The position numbers and the translations under genes were made by a program. Shown here in pieces: positions 30,318-39,798 of a DNA stretch of 64,000 nt. Within the stretch, counting starts at the first letter, position 1; the number at the start of each line of letters is the position of its first letter. The stretch is from a virus, in the IMG/VR virus record IMGVR_UViG_3300045919_000631, positions 32,001 to 96,000 of that record, one strand, 5' to 3'. Below the pieces are notes generated by a model. The model had not been told where the DNA came from and did no database searches. It saw nothing but the letters and a program-made list of their open reading frames with translations.

Positions 30318-30812
30318 ATGGAAGCACAAAACAAAGATATCAGTAATACCAATATTAGCGATACCGTTAATCAGCTTGTGGCTCAACTTCAGGCACCAGC
30401 TGGGAGAAAAGATGAAAAAGAGTTCTCTCTTAAAAGAGAAGAGCTTGAAGACTTTATTATTCAGCAATCAGGGCAACTTGTAAAAGGGAGTGTTGAATTT
30501 ATTGAAGAGCTAAAAGAAATGCTCGTTTCTGCCCCAGAGGCAAAAGACGTTGAAGCTTTGTCTAAGTATGTCGCAGCTACTGCAGCAGCTATAGAGAGTT
30601 TAAATAAAGTTTACACTGCTAATAAGACTGAAGCTTTAAAGATAAAACTCAAAAACATGGATATTGAGAGTAAGAAGCAGCTACAATCAGCAGATATTGG
30701 AAGCCGACTTGTTATGAATAGAGAAGAAATTCTTAAACGGCTTATTGATGATGCAAAGCTTATTGAAGCAGAGGTTACGACAGTATCTCCATCGTTGACT
30801 TCTCGATCTTAA
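30318..30812 (+). CDS. helical protein, possible terminase small subunit (gp16-like)
   Basis: 164 aa; helix-APEAKDVEALSKYV-helix then C-terminal LVMNREEILKRL loosely follows gp16 layout; weak. Confidence 0.4.
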   Translation: MEAQNKDISNTNISDTVNQLVAQLQAPAGRKDEKEFSLKREELEDFIIQQSGQLVKGSVEFIEELKEMLVSAPEAKDVEALSKYVAATAAAIESLNKVYTANKTEALKIKLKNMDIESKKQLQSADIGSRLVMNREEILKRLIDDAKLIEAEVTTVSPSLTSRS

Positions 30813-31662
30813 CAATTTCGTCTTTAAACGCATCAACTTTTACCTGCAGATGTTCCATATCAGTCAAGGTAAACTTAAAAAGAATTGCTTTGCGGTTAGG
30901 GTCTAAATCTTTTGGATTTATTTGTTTGAAGAAAGATATGAAATCGCTCAAGTCACCGAGAACACTCTTGAGTAAATTTAGTATCTGTAGCTGATTTACA
31001 ATTGCTCGATTATAATATAGGATATCAGTTACTAAATTAGTGCCATGAGCTGTTTTAGCTGTGTTCACATTTACATCAACTTGCAAGCCACTAAGACCAC
31101 GCTTTAAAAGGGTGTCAGTATAGTAACTAAATGTTTTTAGCACCTTTAATTCATTTTGAGAAATTTTGTTATATAGTGATGCTGATATTCCGACCGGTAA
31201 AAAATATTGTTTACTGTATGTATCGTAGTATGGAGATGTGTTATTATCAAGCACACATATAGTATTTGCTATATCCCCTGTATCATCAGAAAATTGTTTG
31301 AAATAGACGTTATTGTTGATAGCTGACTGAACACGAACCTGGAACTGTTCAGACATTGCAAAATATTTCTCAATGAAAAATAATTTAAACGAATCATCAA
31401 GCTGTTTTTCACCGGCGGGATTTCCAAAAGCATCAAAATTAGGAACAGTGAAATTGGCATCGTTTAATGTTGCAAATAAGCCACCAACTGAACTCAACAT
31501 ATCATAGGAACTATTAGCTTTAGCAAACTCAATGCACTGATTAATTTCAGCAATATATGTTCCCATAGCTGAAAGTATGTTGGTGCTTGAGTTGTAAAAG
31601 GAAATGCTAGTTGCTTCTACAATATTAACGTAGTCAGGAAGAAGTGTTTGCTTATAGGACAT
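30775..31662 (-). CDS. hypothetical protein (baseplate operon)
   Basis: 295-aa ORF downstream of hub-like gene. Confidence 0.65.
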   Translation of the reverse strand: MSYKQTLLPDYVNIVEATSISFYNSSTNILSAMGTYIAEINQCIEFAKANSSYDMLSSVGGLFATLNDANFTVPNFDAFGNPAGEKQLDDSFKLFFIEKYFAMSEQFQVRVQSAINNNVYFKQFSDDTGDIANTICVLDNNTSPYYDTYSKQYFLPVGISASLYNKISQNELKVLKTFSYYTDTLLKRGLSGLQVDVNVNTAKTAHGTNLVTDILYYNRAIVNQLQILNLLKSVLGDLSDFISFFKQINPKDLDPNRKAILFKFTLTDMEHLQVKVDAFKDEIVKIEKSTMEILS

Positions 31663-33220
31663 TTTCGTTAAATTTAAGATCTGTGAAGTCGTACGTTTTT
31701 ACTGCAATAATTTTGTTAACAAAATCAGTGTCATCAATAAAATGATATTCAATACCAATTATATAATATATTCCAAGGAACTTATTATCGAAATCGTTGT
31801 CGATGTATTCACCTCTACGATCAACGCTAATAAATTTGCTAGTGTCTCTATGCATTGATCCACCAACAATTATTTCTACACCTAGGTTTAAAGCTAAAGC
31901 ATCTCTTAATAACTGATTTCGGCCAAATGATAAATGTGAATATGATTCAAATTTTGGGTATGTTGCAAAAACATTTTTAGAAGCATAATTTAACTTTTGA
32001 GTGATATTGGTTATAAAATTAGCTGCAGGTAATTGATCTTTTCCTTTCATTGTATCGACATACATCTCTTTGAAGTCTGCTTTAACGTTCAAGATATTAC
32101 CATCAGAACCATTAATACTAAATTTCTTTTCATCAAAATCATATTGATGCACAAATGTAGATTTAATTTTTTGTTGCCAGATACCACCTGGGCTATTAAA
32201 GAAATTTACCTCTCTGATGTCACTTGTTTCGCCCAATTCCAAAGCTTGTAATGGCTTGCGAATGTCATTCAATGACACATTTGAAGTTGATTGACCGCCA
32301 GTTATTGTAAGATTTTCAATAAAATATTCACCACCCTGGTCATATGGAAAGCCTTTGATGTAAGCTTTCTTAAATTTAGACGCCATACTTTCTAGGCTAT
32401 ATTCACCTGACCATTTATCTTTATCAAGAAAAGAAAAACTATTTTGTGAGTCTGCACTGACATGCAAATCCGCTATATATGTAATATCATCCATTACAGT
32501 ATTTGTGATTGGAGATGAATAAAATATTTTGCTTATACCATTTTCAAAGTATGGAGTAGTTTCAATATCTTTATTAATGTCAGTTGCAATAGAGTCGCGG
32601 CCTAAGATATCAGCAATAATGTTTTTAAGTAATTTGCCTGTATATGTTGCACGATCTTCATTTGATAAATTTGATATCTCACCATCGACAAATCTGCTTG
32701 ACGACAGAAAGCTTTGTCGCTCTTGAAAAAACTCTTGATCATAGTCAATTAAATCATATTTCTTACATTTTCCTTCTTTATCTGACACATTATCTTCATT
32801 TTCTAGTGCAAAGATGTATCTGAATGCAAATTCTTTATTGAATTTTTCATTCGATACATCAAATGGGTTGCTATTATTAATAATTGGAACTATTGTCAGC
32901 AGCAACAAATCTCGAGCATCACCGCGGGTGCGATACCCTCTCAATACACTAAAATCAGGAAAAAACTCTTTTTGAGATGGGTCGTTTTTAAATCTTTCAA
33001 TAATATCTTCATCATTTTTGATGATAATGTATCCATCCATGAACGGGTTCCATACATTATTAGCAATATAAAGCTCTTTAATGGCGCTTTTTTGTATGTC
33101 AACAGCTATACCATCAGGGTTATACATTGTTGCTCGAAAAAAATAATTTTTTCCATCAATTAAAGATATAAAGTTTGTATAGTTATCTTTAACGTATTCA
33201 AATAAAGAGTCGTTTCTCAT
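31652..33220 (-). CDS. baseplate hub protein (gp27-like)
   Basis: IKELYIANNVWNPFMDGYIII at N-terminus and DNKFLGIYYIIGIEYHF at C-terminus, typical of hub proteins; follows gp53-like gene. Confidence 0.65.
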   Translation of the reverse strand: MRNDSLFEYVKDNYTNFISLIDGKNYFFRATMYNPDGIAVDIQKSAIKELYIANNVWNPFMDGYIIIKNDEDIIERFKNDPSQKEFFPDFSVLRGYRTRGDARDLLLLTIVPIINNSNPFDVSNEKFNKEFAFRYIFALENEDNVSDKEGKCKKYDLIDYDQEFFQERQSFLSSSRFVDGEISNLSNEDRATYTGKLLKNIIADILGRDSIATDINKDIETTPYFENGISKIFYSSPITNTVMDDITYIADLHVSADSQNSFSFLDKDKWSGEYSLESMASKFKKAYIKGFPYDQGGEYFIENLTITGGQSTSNVSLNDIRKPLQALELGETSDIREVNFFNSPGGIWQQKIKSTFVHQYDFDEKKFSINGSDGNILNVKADFKEMYVDTMKGKDQLPAANFITNITQKLNYASKNVFATYPKFESYSHLSFGRNQLLRDALALNLGVEIIVGGSMHRDTSKFISVDRRGEYIDNDFDNKFLGIYYIIGIEYHFIDDTDFVNKIIAVKTYDFTDLKFNENVL

Positions 33221-33576
33221 TGCAATTGGTTTTTTATACTATCTAAAACTGTTTTTATATATTGCTTGCGGAGAATTTTAATTTTCTTTCCTCTTATTGA
33301 TGAATCAAAAGGATTTTGAATGCCATTAAGAATGCAAATCAACCACCACAGGTATGTTGTTCCATATAATTGATAACTCAGCAAAGTAAGTGGAATATTA
33401 TCAGGTAATGTAATTACGTCAAATACAGCTGGATTTAAATCAGCCGGTACTTGAATTTTCTTCATTATATTGTAAAAGTAATGATTGTCACTAGTCAAAT
33501 ATACTTTAAAGATGTTCTCGTATCTATAAGACTCTAGTTGAGGAAGTTCGTCTATATAATTTTGATATGATGCCAT
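33217..33576 (-). CDS. baseplate wedge subunit (gp53-like, LysM-like)
   Basis: LSYQLYGTTYLWWLICILNGIQNPF signature. Confidence 0.85.
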   Translation of the reverse strand: MASYQNYIDELPQLESYRYENIFKVYLTSDNHYFYNIMKKIQVPADLNPAVFDVITLPDNIPLTLLSYQLYGTTYLWWLICILNGIQNPFDSSIRGKKIKILRKQYIKTVLDSIKNQLQ

Positions 33577-33577
33577 G

Positions 33578-34705
33578 TTATTGTCCGTTTACTGTTACTG
33601 GTGTTCGAGTTAGTCCTGAATATAGAAAGTTTCTTGTATCATCATTTAAGCTTGTAAAGCTAATAGACACTTGATAAGCATCTGGAATAATAGTTTTAAT
33701 TGTTGATACTGTCTTTTGAGATTGCGTTACTGGTGGGATAGGAATAGTCATCATTCTTCTGCTTCCTAAAAATTTTACTTCAAGTTTATTAATATAAGCA
33801 TAAGGAATAAACGTGGAGCCAGGAACGGTCAACTCATAAATTACCGGCAGATCAATAATGCTTCGAGTTATACGGCCGGGTCTATTTTGAAAAATTAGAG
33901 CAAACAGAAGCTGCCAATTAAGTGAGATATCATCAAATGTGCCTGTATTTAAAAGTGGAAAATTCACATCAAATGATGATCCTTCTCCCATTTTAAATGC
34001 TTGGCTTCTTTCAATATAAGTACCTGGGCTTAAAGCACCTGTTGTAGATGCTAAAATTTCTGATACGGAAGATGCCATATCAGATACTCCACTAAAAATA
34101 TTTCCATCTTCTTTGTCTCCGAATGCATTTTTATCGCTCACATAATTATCAGAAAAATATGGCATTGCATAGTTAAATCCGGTTTGCTCTGTCAAGTATA
34201 AATATGTATACGGATCTAATACAGCATTACCAAATGTTGTGGCGTTTTTAATAATAGATAAATTGTTTCCAAGAGCTGTTTTAATTTGCTTTAGAGTATT
34301 GGAAGCAATATTTGTGGCAGTCTGCGCATTACCAACTGCTGGAGCACCTGTTTGCTGTAAAATATTATTGACAATTGCAAGACCAGTTTGAGTACTATCA
34401 ACAGATGCAAATGTTGAATTTGCTAAATTGCTAACAATACTATTAATTGCTAATCGTTTTTCTGTTAAGTATATTACTGGTGTATCTGATCGAGAGGTCT
34501 TAGGGCTTTTAGTCCATGGAAAATCATTTACAATATCTATTGGATTTCCTGGAGTTGTTTGCTGCGCATATATATTATACGACTGGTCATCAAAAGGATT
34601 TATACTTGTTGAGTCAAATTTTGAATAGACAGCCACTTTATCACGAACCAGCACAGGTAGTGTTGGTTGATGAGATAAAAATTGCAATGCCCATAGGTTA
34701 GTCAT
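33578..34705 (-). CDS. baseplate tail-tube cap (gp48-like)
   Basis: position between tape measure and gp53; SFDVNFPL, LPVIYELTVPG..YINKLEVKF tube-fold pattern; TAAATA (-) 34712-34717. Confidence 0.5.
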   Translation of the reverse strand: MTNLWALQFLSHQPTLPVLVRDKVAVYSKFDSTSINPFDDQSYNIYAQQTTPGNPIDIVNDFPWTKSPKTSRSDTPVIYLTEKRLAINSIVSNLANSTFASVDSTQTGLAIVNNILQQTGAPAVGNAQTATNIASNTLKQIKTALGNNLSIIKNATTFGNAVLDPYTYLYLTEQTGFNYAMPYFSDNYVSDKNAFGDKEDGNIFSGVSDMASSVSEILASTTGALSPGTYIERSQAFKMGEGSSFDVNFPLLNTGTFDDISLNWQLLFALIFQNRPGRITRSIIDLPVIYELTVPGSTFIPYAYINKLEVKFLGSRRMMTIPIPPVTQSQKTVSTIKTIIPDAYQVSISFTSLNDDTRNFLYSGLTRTPVTVNGQ

Positions 34706-34719
34706 TTATAATATTTAAG

Positions 34720-36660
34720 TTACGTGTTGGACGTTTGCAGTTCTCTGAGGGACATGCCTTTTGATGCATTGTTTACTATAGAATTGTTTGTTACTATGTT
34801 TGTCCCCATTTTCTTCATATTTTCAGCCATCTGTCGTAAAAACTTATTGCTCTCTGCAATCAATTCAACCTGACGTGATAGTAAAGACGTTGATGAACTT
34901 GATAGATCCTGAAGGATATCGTTGTTTTCCTCTGCTAATTTCAATGTTTCACCGAAATGTTTATCAAAGACACCACCAGCTTTAGCACCAATGATAGTAT
35001 CATCTTTGCTCGGTTGAATAACTTTGCCGCTAGGTGTTTGAATAAAATCGTTTACTTGTTGGATTTGTGGTAATTTAGTTTTATCTGACTTTGCGGTCTG
35101 TAATTTATCATCCACTATAGGTCCCATATCTATGCCAAACGTTTTTGCTACTCTTGCTCGGAGTGAGAAGCCAAAAACACTTTCAGGAATGAGCATTAAT
35201 GCTTTTTTCTTTAACGACTCAACTAATTGACCGAAGGTATCTCTAAATTTTTCGCCAGAGCCTGCTGTAATTTCTTTTGCTTCTTTATAGCTTGATATTC
35301 CTGTTATTATATTTGATAATATTCCAAATCCTGGAACTGCCCAAGCCATTTTTAATAGCCCATCTTTTACATTTTCTAAATTGCCACCTGAAGCTAATAC
35401 CTCACCGAATCCTTCACCAAACATTGCAAAGTTTTTAACGAGTGGTAATTTATTCCACATCTTCCACAAGGAAGATGTCCATGAGCCTATAAGATTTAAC
35501 TTTGTAGCTGTTCTCTCTCCAGGATCACCTTTATTGCCTTTCCAATCTAGTATTGCATTGAAAGCGTCAAGACCAATACTTAGCGCTGTTCCTACACCAG
35601 GAACTAAAGATGTTATGCCACTAATTAAATCGATGGAGCCACCAACGATATCACCAGTTTTAAATCTTGTAGCAGCACTTGCCCACGATATAAAAGAACC
35701 AATTAGGGGCAATACCTTTAATGCAGGCTTAATAAGTTTTGAAGCACCACTGGCTGCCTTAGCAAACATTCCGAGATTTAATTTACCAATTGCTTTGATT
35801 GGTGCATATAATAAACCTCCAAACGCTTTTTTGAATTCAGATGAAATTGCGCTTACCGCTTTTGATACAAACCCACCACTTGGGATACCTGCAGTAATTG
35901 CTTTAGATAAACCTGATAACATCGACGCAATAGGTTTCTTAACTTCTTTAATTAAATCAATTGCTTTACTCTTGAGACTTTTTGCAATTTCAGGAAATGA
36001 CAATGTTGGTAGAAATTTACTGAGGTTGCTTTCTAAACTGCTTATTGCTTTTGAAAAAACTCCTTGAACTAAAGTAAATATTGTCTTTGGTCCATATTTT
36101 GCAAGAAAGATTAATAACCCTTTTAATGGCCCGTTACTCATTAGTCCTGTTACCAAAGCCGCTAAACCTCCTAGCACTACAAGAGCACCTCCTGTAAGTT
36201 TTTTGATAAGTGTCATGAACGGCAAATCCTGAACTGTATCATCTTCTTTTTCTTTTTTCTTTTTTGACTTGATTGACTTTAAAAAATCCTGAGCAGGTTT
36301 GCCGAATCCAGTTATGATTACAGGTTTTGGCTCTTCGACAATTTTTTCAGCGGCGGGAGCATCTTTTTTTGCTGTCTTTTTTACGAAGTCTAAAAACTTC
36401 TTAGTGATGTCTTGAAGAGGCTTCTCATCTTTTTCTCTCTTTTCTAATTTCTTTGGAGCAGGCTTTTCTTTTGTGGCTGTTACCACATTTACCTTTTTTT
36501 GCTCTTTTTTTGCCTCTTTTTTTGGTTCAAGTTTAATGGCCGCTACTTTCTTAGGAACAGCAGCATTTTTTTGCTTTTTAGCTGCATCAGCTATTTTAGC
36601 TGAAACAGATGTAAGCAATGCTATAGCTTCATTAATATCTTTAAACGGCTGATCTGCCAT
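34720..36660 (-). CDS. tail tape measure-like protein (gp29-like)
   Basis: 646 aa, K-rich N-terminus, G/A/L-rich helical core with LKVLPLIGS and LVPGVGTALSIG motifs; TAAATA (-) 36666-36671. Confidence 0.65.
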   Translation of the reverse strand: MADQPFKDINEAIALLTSVSAKIADAAKKQKNAAVPKKVAAIKLEPKKEAKKEQKKVNVVTATKEKPAPKKLEKREKDEKPLQDITKKFLDFVKKTAKKDAPAAEKIVEEPKPVIITGFGKPAQDFLKSIKSKKKKEKEDDTVQDLPFMTLIKKLTGGALVVLGGLAALVTGLMSNGPLKGLLIFLAKYGPKTIFTLVQGVFSKAISSLESNLSKFLPTLSFPEIAKSLKSKAIDLIKEVKKPIASMLSGLSKAITAGIPSGGFVSKAVSAISSEFKKAFGGLLYAPIKAIGKLNLGMFAKAASGASKLIKPALKVLPLIGSFISWASAATRFKTGDIVGGSIDLISGITSLVPGVGTALSIGLDAFNAILDWKGNKGDPGERTATKLNLIGSWTSSLWKMWNKLPLVKNFAMFGEGFGEVLASGGNLENVKDGLLKMAWAVPGFGILSNIITGISSYKEAKEITAGSGEKFRDTFGQLVESLKKKALMLIPESVFGFSLRARVAKTFGIDMGPIVDDKLQTAKSDKTKLPQIQQVNDFIQTPSGKVIQPSKDDTIIGAKAGGVFDKHFGETLKLAEENNDILQDLSSSSTSLLSRQVELIAESNKFLRQMAENMKKMGTNIVTNNSIVNNASKGMSLRELQTSNT

Positions 36661-36680
36661 TTAAATATTTAATTAGAGCA

Positions 36681-37418
36681 TCACACTACAAAAAAGTCGG
36701 GGACAAGCTCAATATAGCTATCAAAACCAGGTATTTTTGTTAAAGCCTTTTCAGCATCTCTAACACCGTTAATATATTCAACAATTCGCACAAATTCAGC
36801 GCTATCAAGTGATTCAATGATAGAAACATTTTGATTGATGTTATCTTTCATTAGGATCTGCGATCCTGTGCTCTGTACTTCGATTTTTTCAATAAATTTA
36901 AAAATCTCATACGAGAATAAGTCGCTAATTAATGATTTGAGTTTGCTGCTATCTACGTTCTCGTCTTTGTATTTCTTGAGAAGAATGCTATTAATTCTAT
37001 TATCATATTCTAGACTAGGAACTCTCACATGGAATTTAAAGTTTGTTGACTCAATAATTTTTGGCTCAGGAAGATGTGTAGGCTTATTAGCAGCCATAAT
37101 TTCTTTAATACTAAAGGATACATTATCTTGTTCACCGCCATCTTTTAACTGCCCTCTCAATGCAAGAGCTAAATTTACGCGATCAATCGTGTTGAGATCT
37201 GACATCTTTTCAGAACAATTTGACTCAAGAATTTTATAGAAGGTTGTATTAAAAAATAATACTGATAAATTGCTATCAATTGCAGTTTCAATAATTGTCT
37301 TTTGCTGAGCTAAAGTCAGCGCAAAGACTTCAACGTTTTTAGCCAAAGATGGGGCCCACACAGATGTTTTTGTTCTAATTTTTTTAATATCTTCTAAAAT
37401 TTTGCTAATGTCGCTCAT
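36681..37418 (-). CDS. baseplate hub assembly protein (gp26-like)
   Basis: ALTLAQQKTII..SDLNTIDRVNLALALR and C-terminal DFF resemble gp26. Confidence 0.55.
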   Translation of the reverse strand: MSDISKILEDIKKIRTKTSVWAPSLAKNVEVFALTLAQQKTIIETAIDSNLSVLFFNTTFYKILESNCSEKMSDLNTIDRVNLALALRGQLKDGGEQDNVSFSIKEIMAANKPTHLPEPKIIESTNFKFHVRVPSLEYDNRINSILLKKYKDENVDSSKLKSLISDLFSYEIFKFIEKIEVQSTGSQILMKDNINQNVSIIESLDSAEFVRIVEYINGVRDAEKALTKIPGFDSYIELVPDFFVV

Positions 37419-37426
37419 ATTATAAT

Positions 37427-38239
37427 TTATACTGGCTCATCTATTTTTCCAGTATCTGCTGTTTTTGACTGCTGCTCAATCTCTTCTTTATATTTTGTTA
37501 TCATTACTTTAGTCTCAGCATACGGAGTGTTTTCTAAATCCACATAATTATATCCAAGATGTTTTCTCAAATGATACTCCAAATCGAGAACCGTTGAATA
37601 ATCTCCATCAAATATTATTTTTAGAAAATTTAATATTGATGAATCGTATATACTTATCTGATAATCATTTAAAGCTGTTACCTTATATTTGAAATCTCCA
37701 TACATTTTTATAAGCTTCTCAATTGCATCCTTGACTGGGAACGCAATTATATGATCAACTAGTATATCTCGATTTTCGGGTGTAATGTCTTCGAAGTCTT
37801 CGTCATTAGCTGTGGTTATATTAGCTATACTATCTTTAATACAATCCATTATATTGCTACTTGCAATAAAATTGGCTGGAGGGCCTAGCTGCAATTTAAA
37901 TCCATTGCATTCATACTCAAGCAAGTCGTATTTTTTATTGAAAGCTTGAAAAAACAAATCTACAGATGTTGTAATTTCTTTATCATCTAAAATTAATCGA
38001 ATATCGTCCCCTATTGTTAGGCTTCGAATATAAAGCAATATAAGAGTTTTTTCAATCACATTTGCTGGCTTTTTTCCAACAACTTGGCTATCAATTACAT
38101 CGTTAAATACTCGCACTAATGAAGGCAAGTCATCTACGAAAAGCAATTTCTGACAAAGCTTTTTATACTCCATAAAAGACATCTCCTTAACTTGAAATGT
38201 ATTTTGAGCAGTTGCGACCTTTGATACAAAATTATCCAC
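37427..38239 (-). CDS. baseplate hub assembly protein (gp26/gp51-like)
   Basis: LILLYIRSLTIGDDI (gp26-like); C-terminal HLGYNYVDLENTPYAE (gp51-like). Confidence 0.5.
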   Translation of the reverse strand: MDNFVSKVATAQNTFQVKEMSFMEYKKLCQKLLFVDDLPSLVRVFNDVIDSQVVGKKPANVIEKTLILLYIRSLTIGDDIRLILDDKEITTSVDLFFQAFNKKYDLLEYECNGFKLQLGPPANFIASSNIMDCIKDSIANITTANDEDFEDITPENRDILVDHIIAFPVKDAIEKLIKMYGDFKYKVTALNDYQISIYDSSILNFLKIIFDGDYSTVLDLEYHLRKHLGYNYVDLENTPYAETKVMITKYKEEIEQQSKTADTGKIDEPV

Positions 38240-39008
38240 GATGTAACTTAGTTAGTAAATTTGGAAGTGAAGTCAAATTACTAGATATTTCGTAATAGCT
38301 GTAAAGAAACGGAACGTTATATTTGTCTAATTGCTCAGCATCATATGACAACTCTCTCGATCCTACATTTAACGGAACAACATCGTGAAACGTCCAAATT
38401 TTTCGCGGAATCATTGATACATGCTCCACGGTCTTTGCATATTGCAAGATTGTGATAGTGCCTTTTGTATTTTTATTTCTTTCTGCTATATTTGAAAGAT
38501 CTCGAGCAACGTATCCGTGATGGCTTGCTAAAATAAGCCAAGGTCTAATAATAAAATCAGCAAATGATGTATTCGTCTCTCGAAATTGAATTGTTAGCTG
38601 CTCATTAGCGTATGATTCACGGTCACCTATTACTGATCCAGTTATAAACCCTCTGTTATTTTCAATTGATGCTGCTTTAACTGAAAGTGTCTCAGGTGGT
38701 ATGTCAACTCCCTGAACATATACACAACCAATCAGTTTTTGATTTTCATTTGCTAGTAAAGCTGCTTTAGCTTTATCAATATTAAAACTATCTTTGCTGC
38801 CTGTTACTATCTCTAAATTTTGCAGAATAGATGTGCGCAAGCCAATAGGAATATCATCAAAAACTACAACCCATTGAGTGCGTAGCGGTATAGAGTTATG
38901 CCAAATAGATAAATTATCTAGGAATGAATCTCTAAAACTGATTAGAGGAATTGCTCCGTCTTCTAATCCAATTGTCGCGTTTGTGTCAGCGTTAAAGATA
39001 CCAGGCAT
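38232..39008 (-). CDS. tail tube-fold protein (gp54/gp19 paralogue)
   Basis: VQGVDIPPE, LTIQFRET, DVVPLNVGSRELSYD tube-fold motifs; TAAATA (-) 39014-39019. Confidence 0.65.
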   Translation of the reverse strand: MPGIFNADTNATIGLEDGAIPLISFRDSFLDNLSIWHNSIPLRTQWVVVFDDIPIGLRTSILQNLEIVTGSKDSFNIDKAKAALLANENQKLIGCVYVQGVDIPPETLSVKAASIENNRGFITGSVIGDRESYANEQLTIQFRETNTSFADFIIRPWLILASHHGYVARDLSNIAERNKNTKGTITILQYAKTVEHVSMIPRKIWTFHDVVPLNVGSRELSYDAEQLDKYNVPFLYSYYEISSNLTSLPNLLTKLHRG

Positions 39009-39039
39009 AGTAATATTTATGCCTGGTAATAAAAATCAA

Positions 39040-39585
39040 TTATCCTGTTTTGCGCCAGAAATGATAAGCAATAGTAACATCAAAGTTTTGAACTTCGCCA
39101 GTTGATGTAATATCATACTCTAGAGTTCCAACATTTCTAATGCTTACACCAACAAGCTGGATTTTTGATACTGGATCAAGCTGCTTATTTAATTGAAGTA
39201 AATCAATTGTAGCATTTCTTGTTGGTATGAAATAATTTCCTGTGCTTGATGCATCACTAAACGTGTTTTCGCTTACTTGTAAAAACTTTTGGCGTAGTGC
39301 TTGAGCCTCATCACCATAAAAGTTAATTTTATATTCAGCGCTTCCTTCATACTGAACAACGCCTGGCACGTTAAATTTCAATCCCATATAAGGGGTCTCG
39401 ATATTAACGATGCTTTTACCTGGCACAGATGCTGTACGAGCATATACTAGCTCAGTTTCATTGAGCACTGTTGGGCTGTTTTCACCGAAATTAATGCTAA
39501 GTACTCTAAACAAATTTGTTCGAGCAAAATCTTTACGTTGTGCTTGGGTGTAAAACTGCTGAATTGTTTGGATTGTTTGTGCCAT
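39040..39585 (-). CDS. tail tube protein (gp19-like)
   Basis: ARTNLFRV, ARTASVPGKSI..PYMGLKFNVPG, FDVTIAYHFW; TAAATA (-) 39591-39596. Confidence 0.85.
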   Translation of the reverse strand: MAQTIQTIQQFYTQAQRKDFARTNLFRVLSINFGENSPTVLNETELVYARTASVPGKSIVNIETPYMGLKFNVPGVVQYEGSAEYKINFYGDEAQALRQKFLQVSENTFSDASSTGNYFIPTRNATIDLLQLNKQLDPVSKIQLVGVSIRNVGTLEYDITSTGEVQNFDVTIAYHFWRKTG

Positions 39586-39596
39586 GATATTATTTA

Positions 39597-39794
39597 TTAT
39601 CCGAGTATTAGTTGACTATTGGCTGACGTATCTTTGCTATCAAGTAAAATGTTCTTAATATTAATTTCACTGCGATTATACCAAGCCCCATTTATTTTAT
39701 AACCAATTGATGTAGACTCTTCAATAGTACCACTTCTTTCAAGTGGATCATATTTTGTAGTGTAGAATACTGTTTGGCCTTTTGATGCGCTCAT
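39597..39794 (-). CDS. hypothetical protein
   Basis: small ORF between sheath and tube genes; likely ATG 39794. Confidence 0.55.
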   Translation of the reverse strand: MSASKGQTVFYTTKYDPLERSGTIEESTSIGYKINGAWYNRSEINIKNILLDSKDTSANSQLILG

Positions 39795-39798
39795 AAAA

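Noticed and set aside
35381-36067. 228-aa plus-strand ORF and other antisense ORFs (e.g. 28284-28736, 45049-45471, 57304-57699)
   Set aside because: Fully overlap well-supported genes on the opposite strand, with no motifs or promoter boxes
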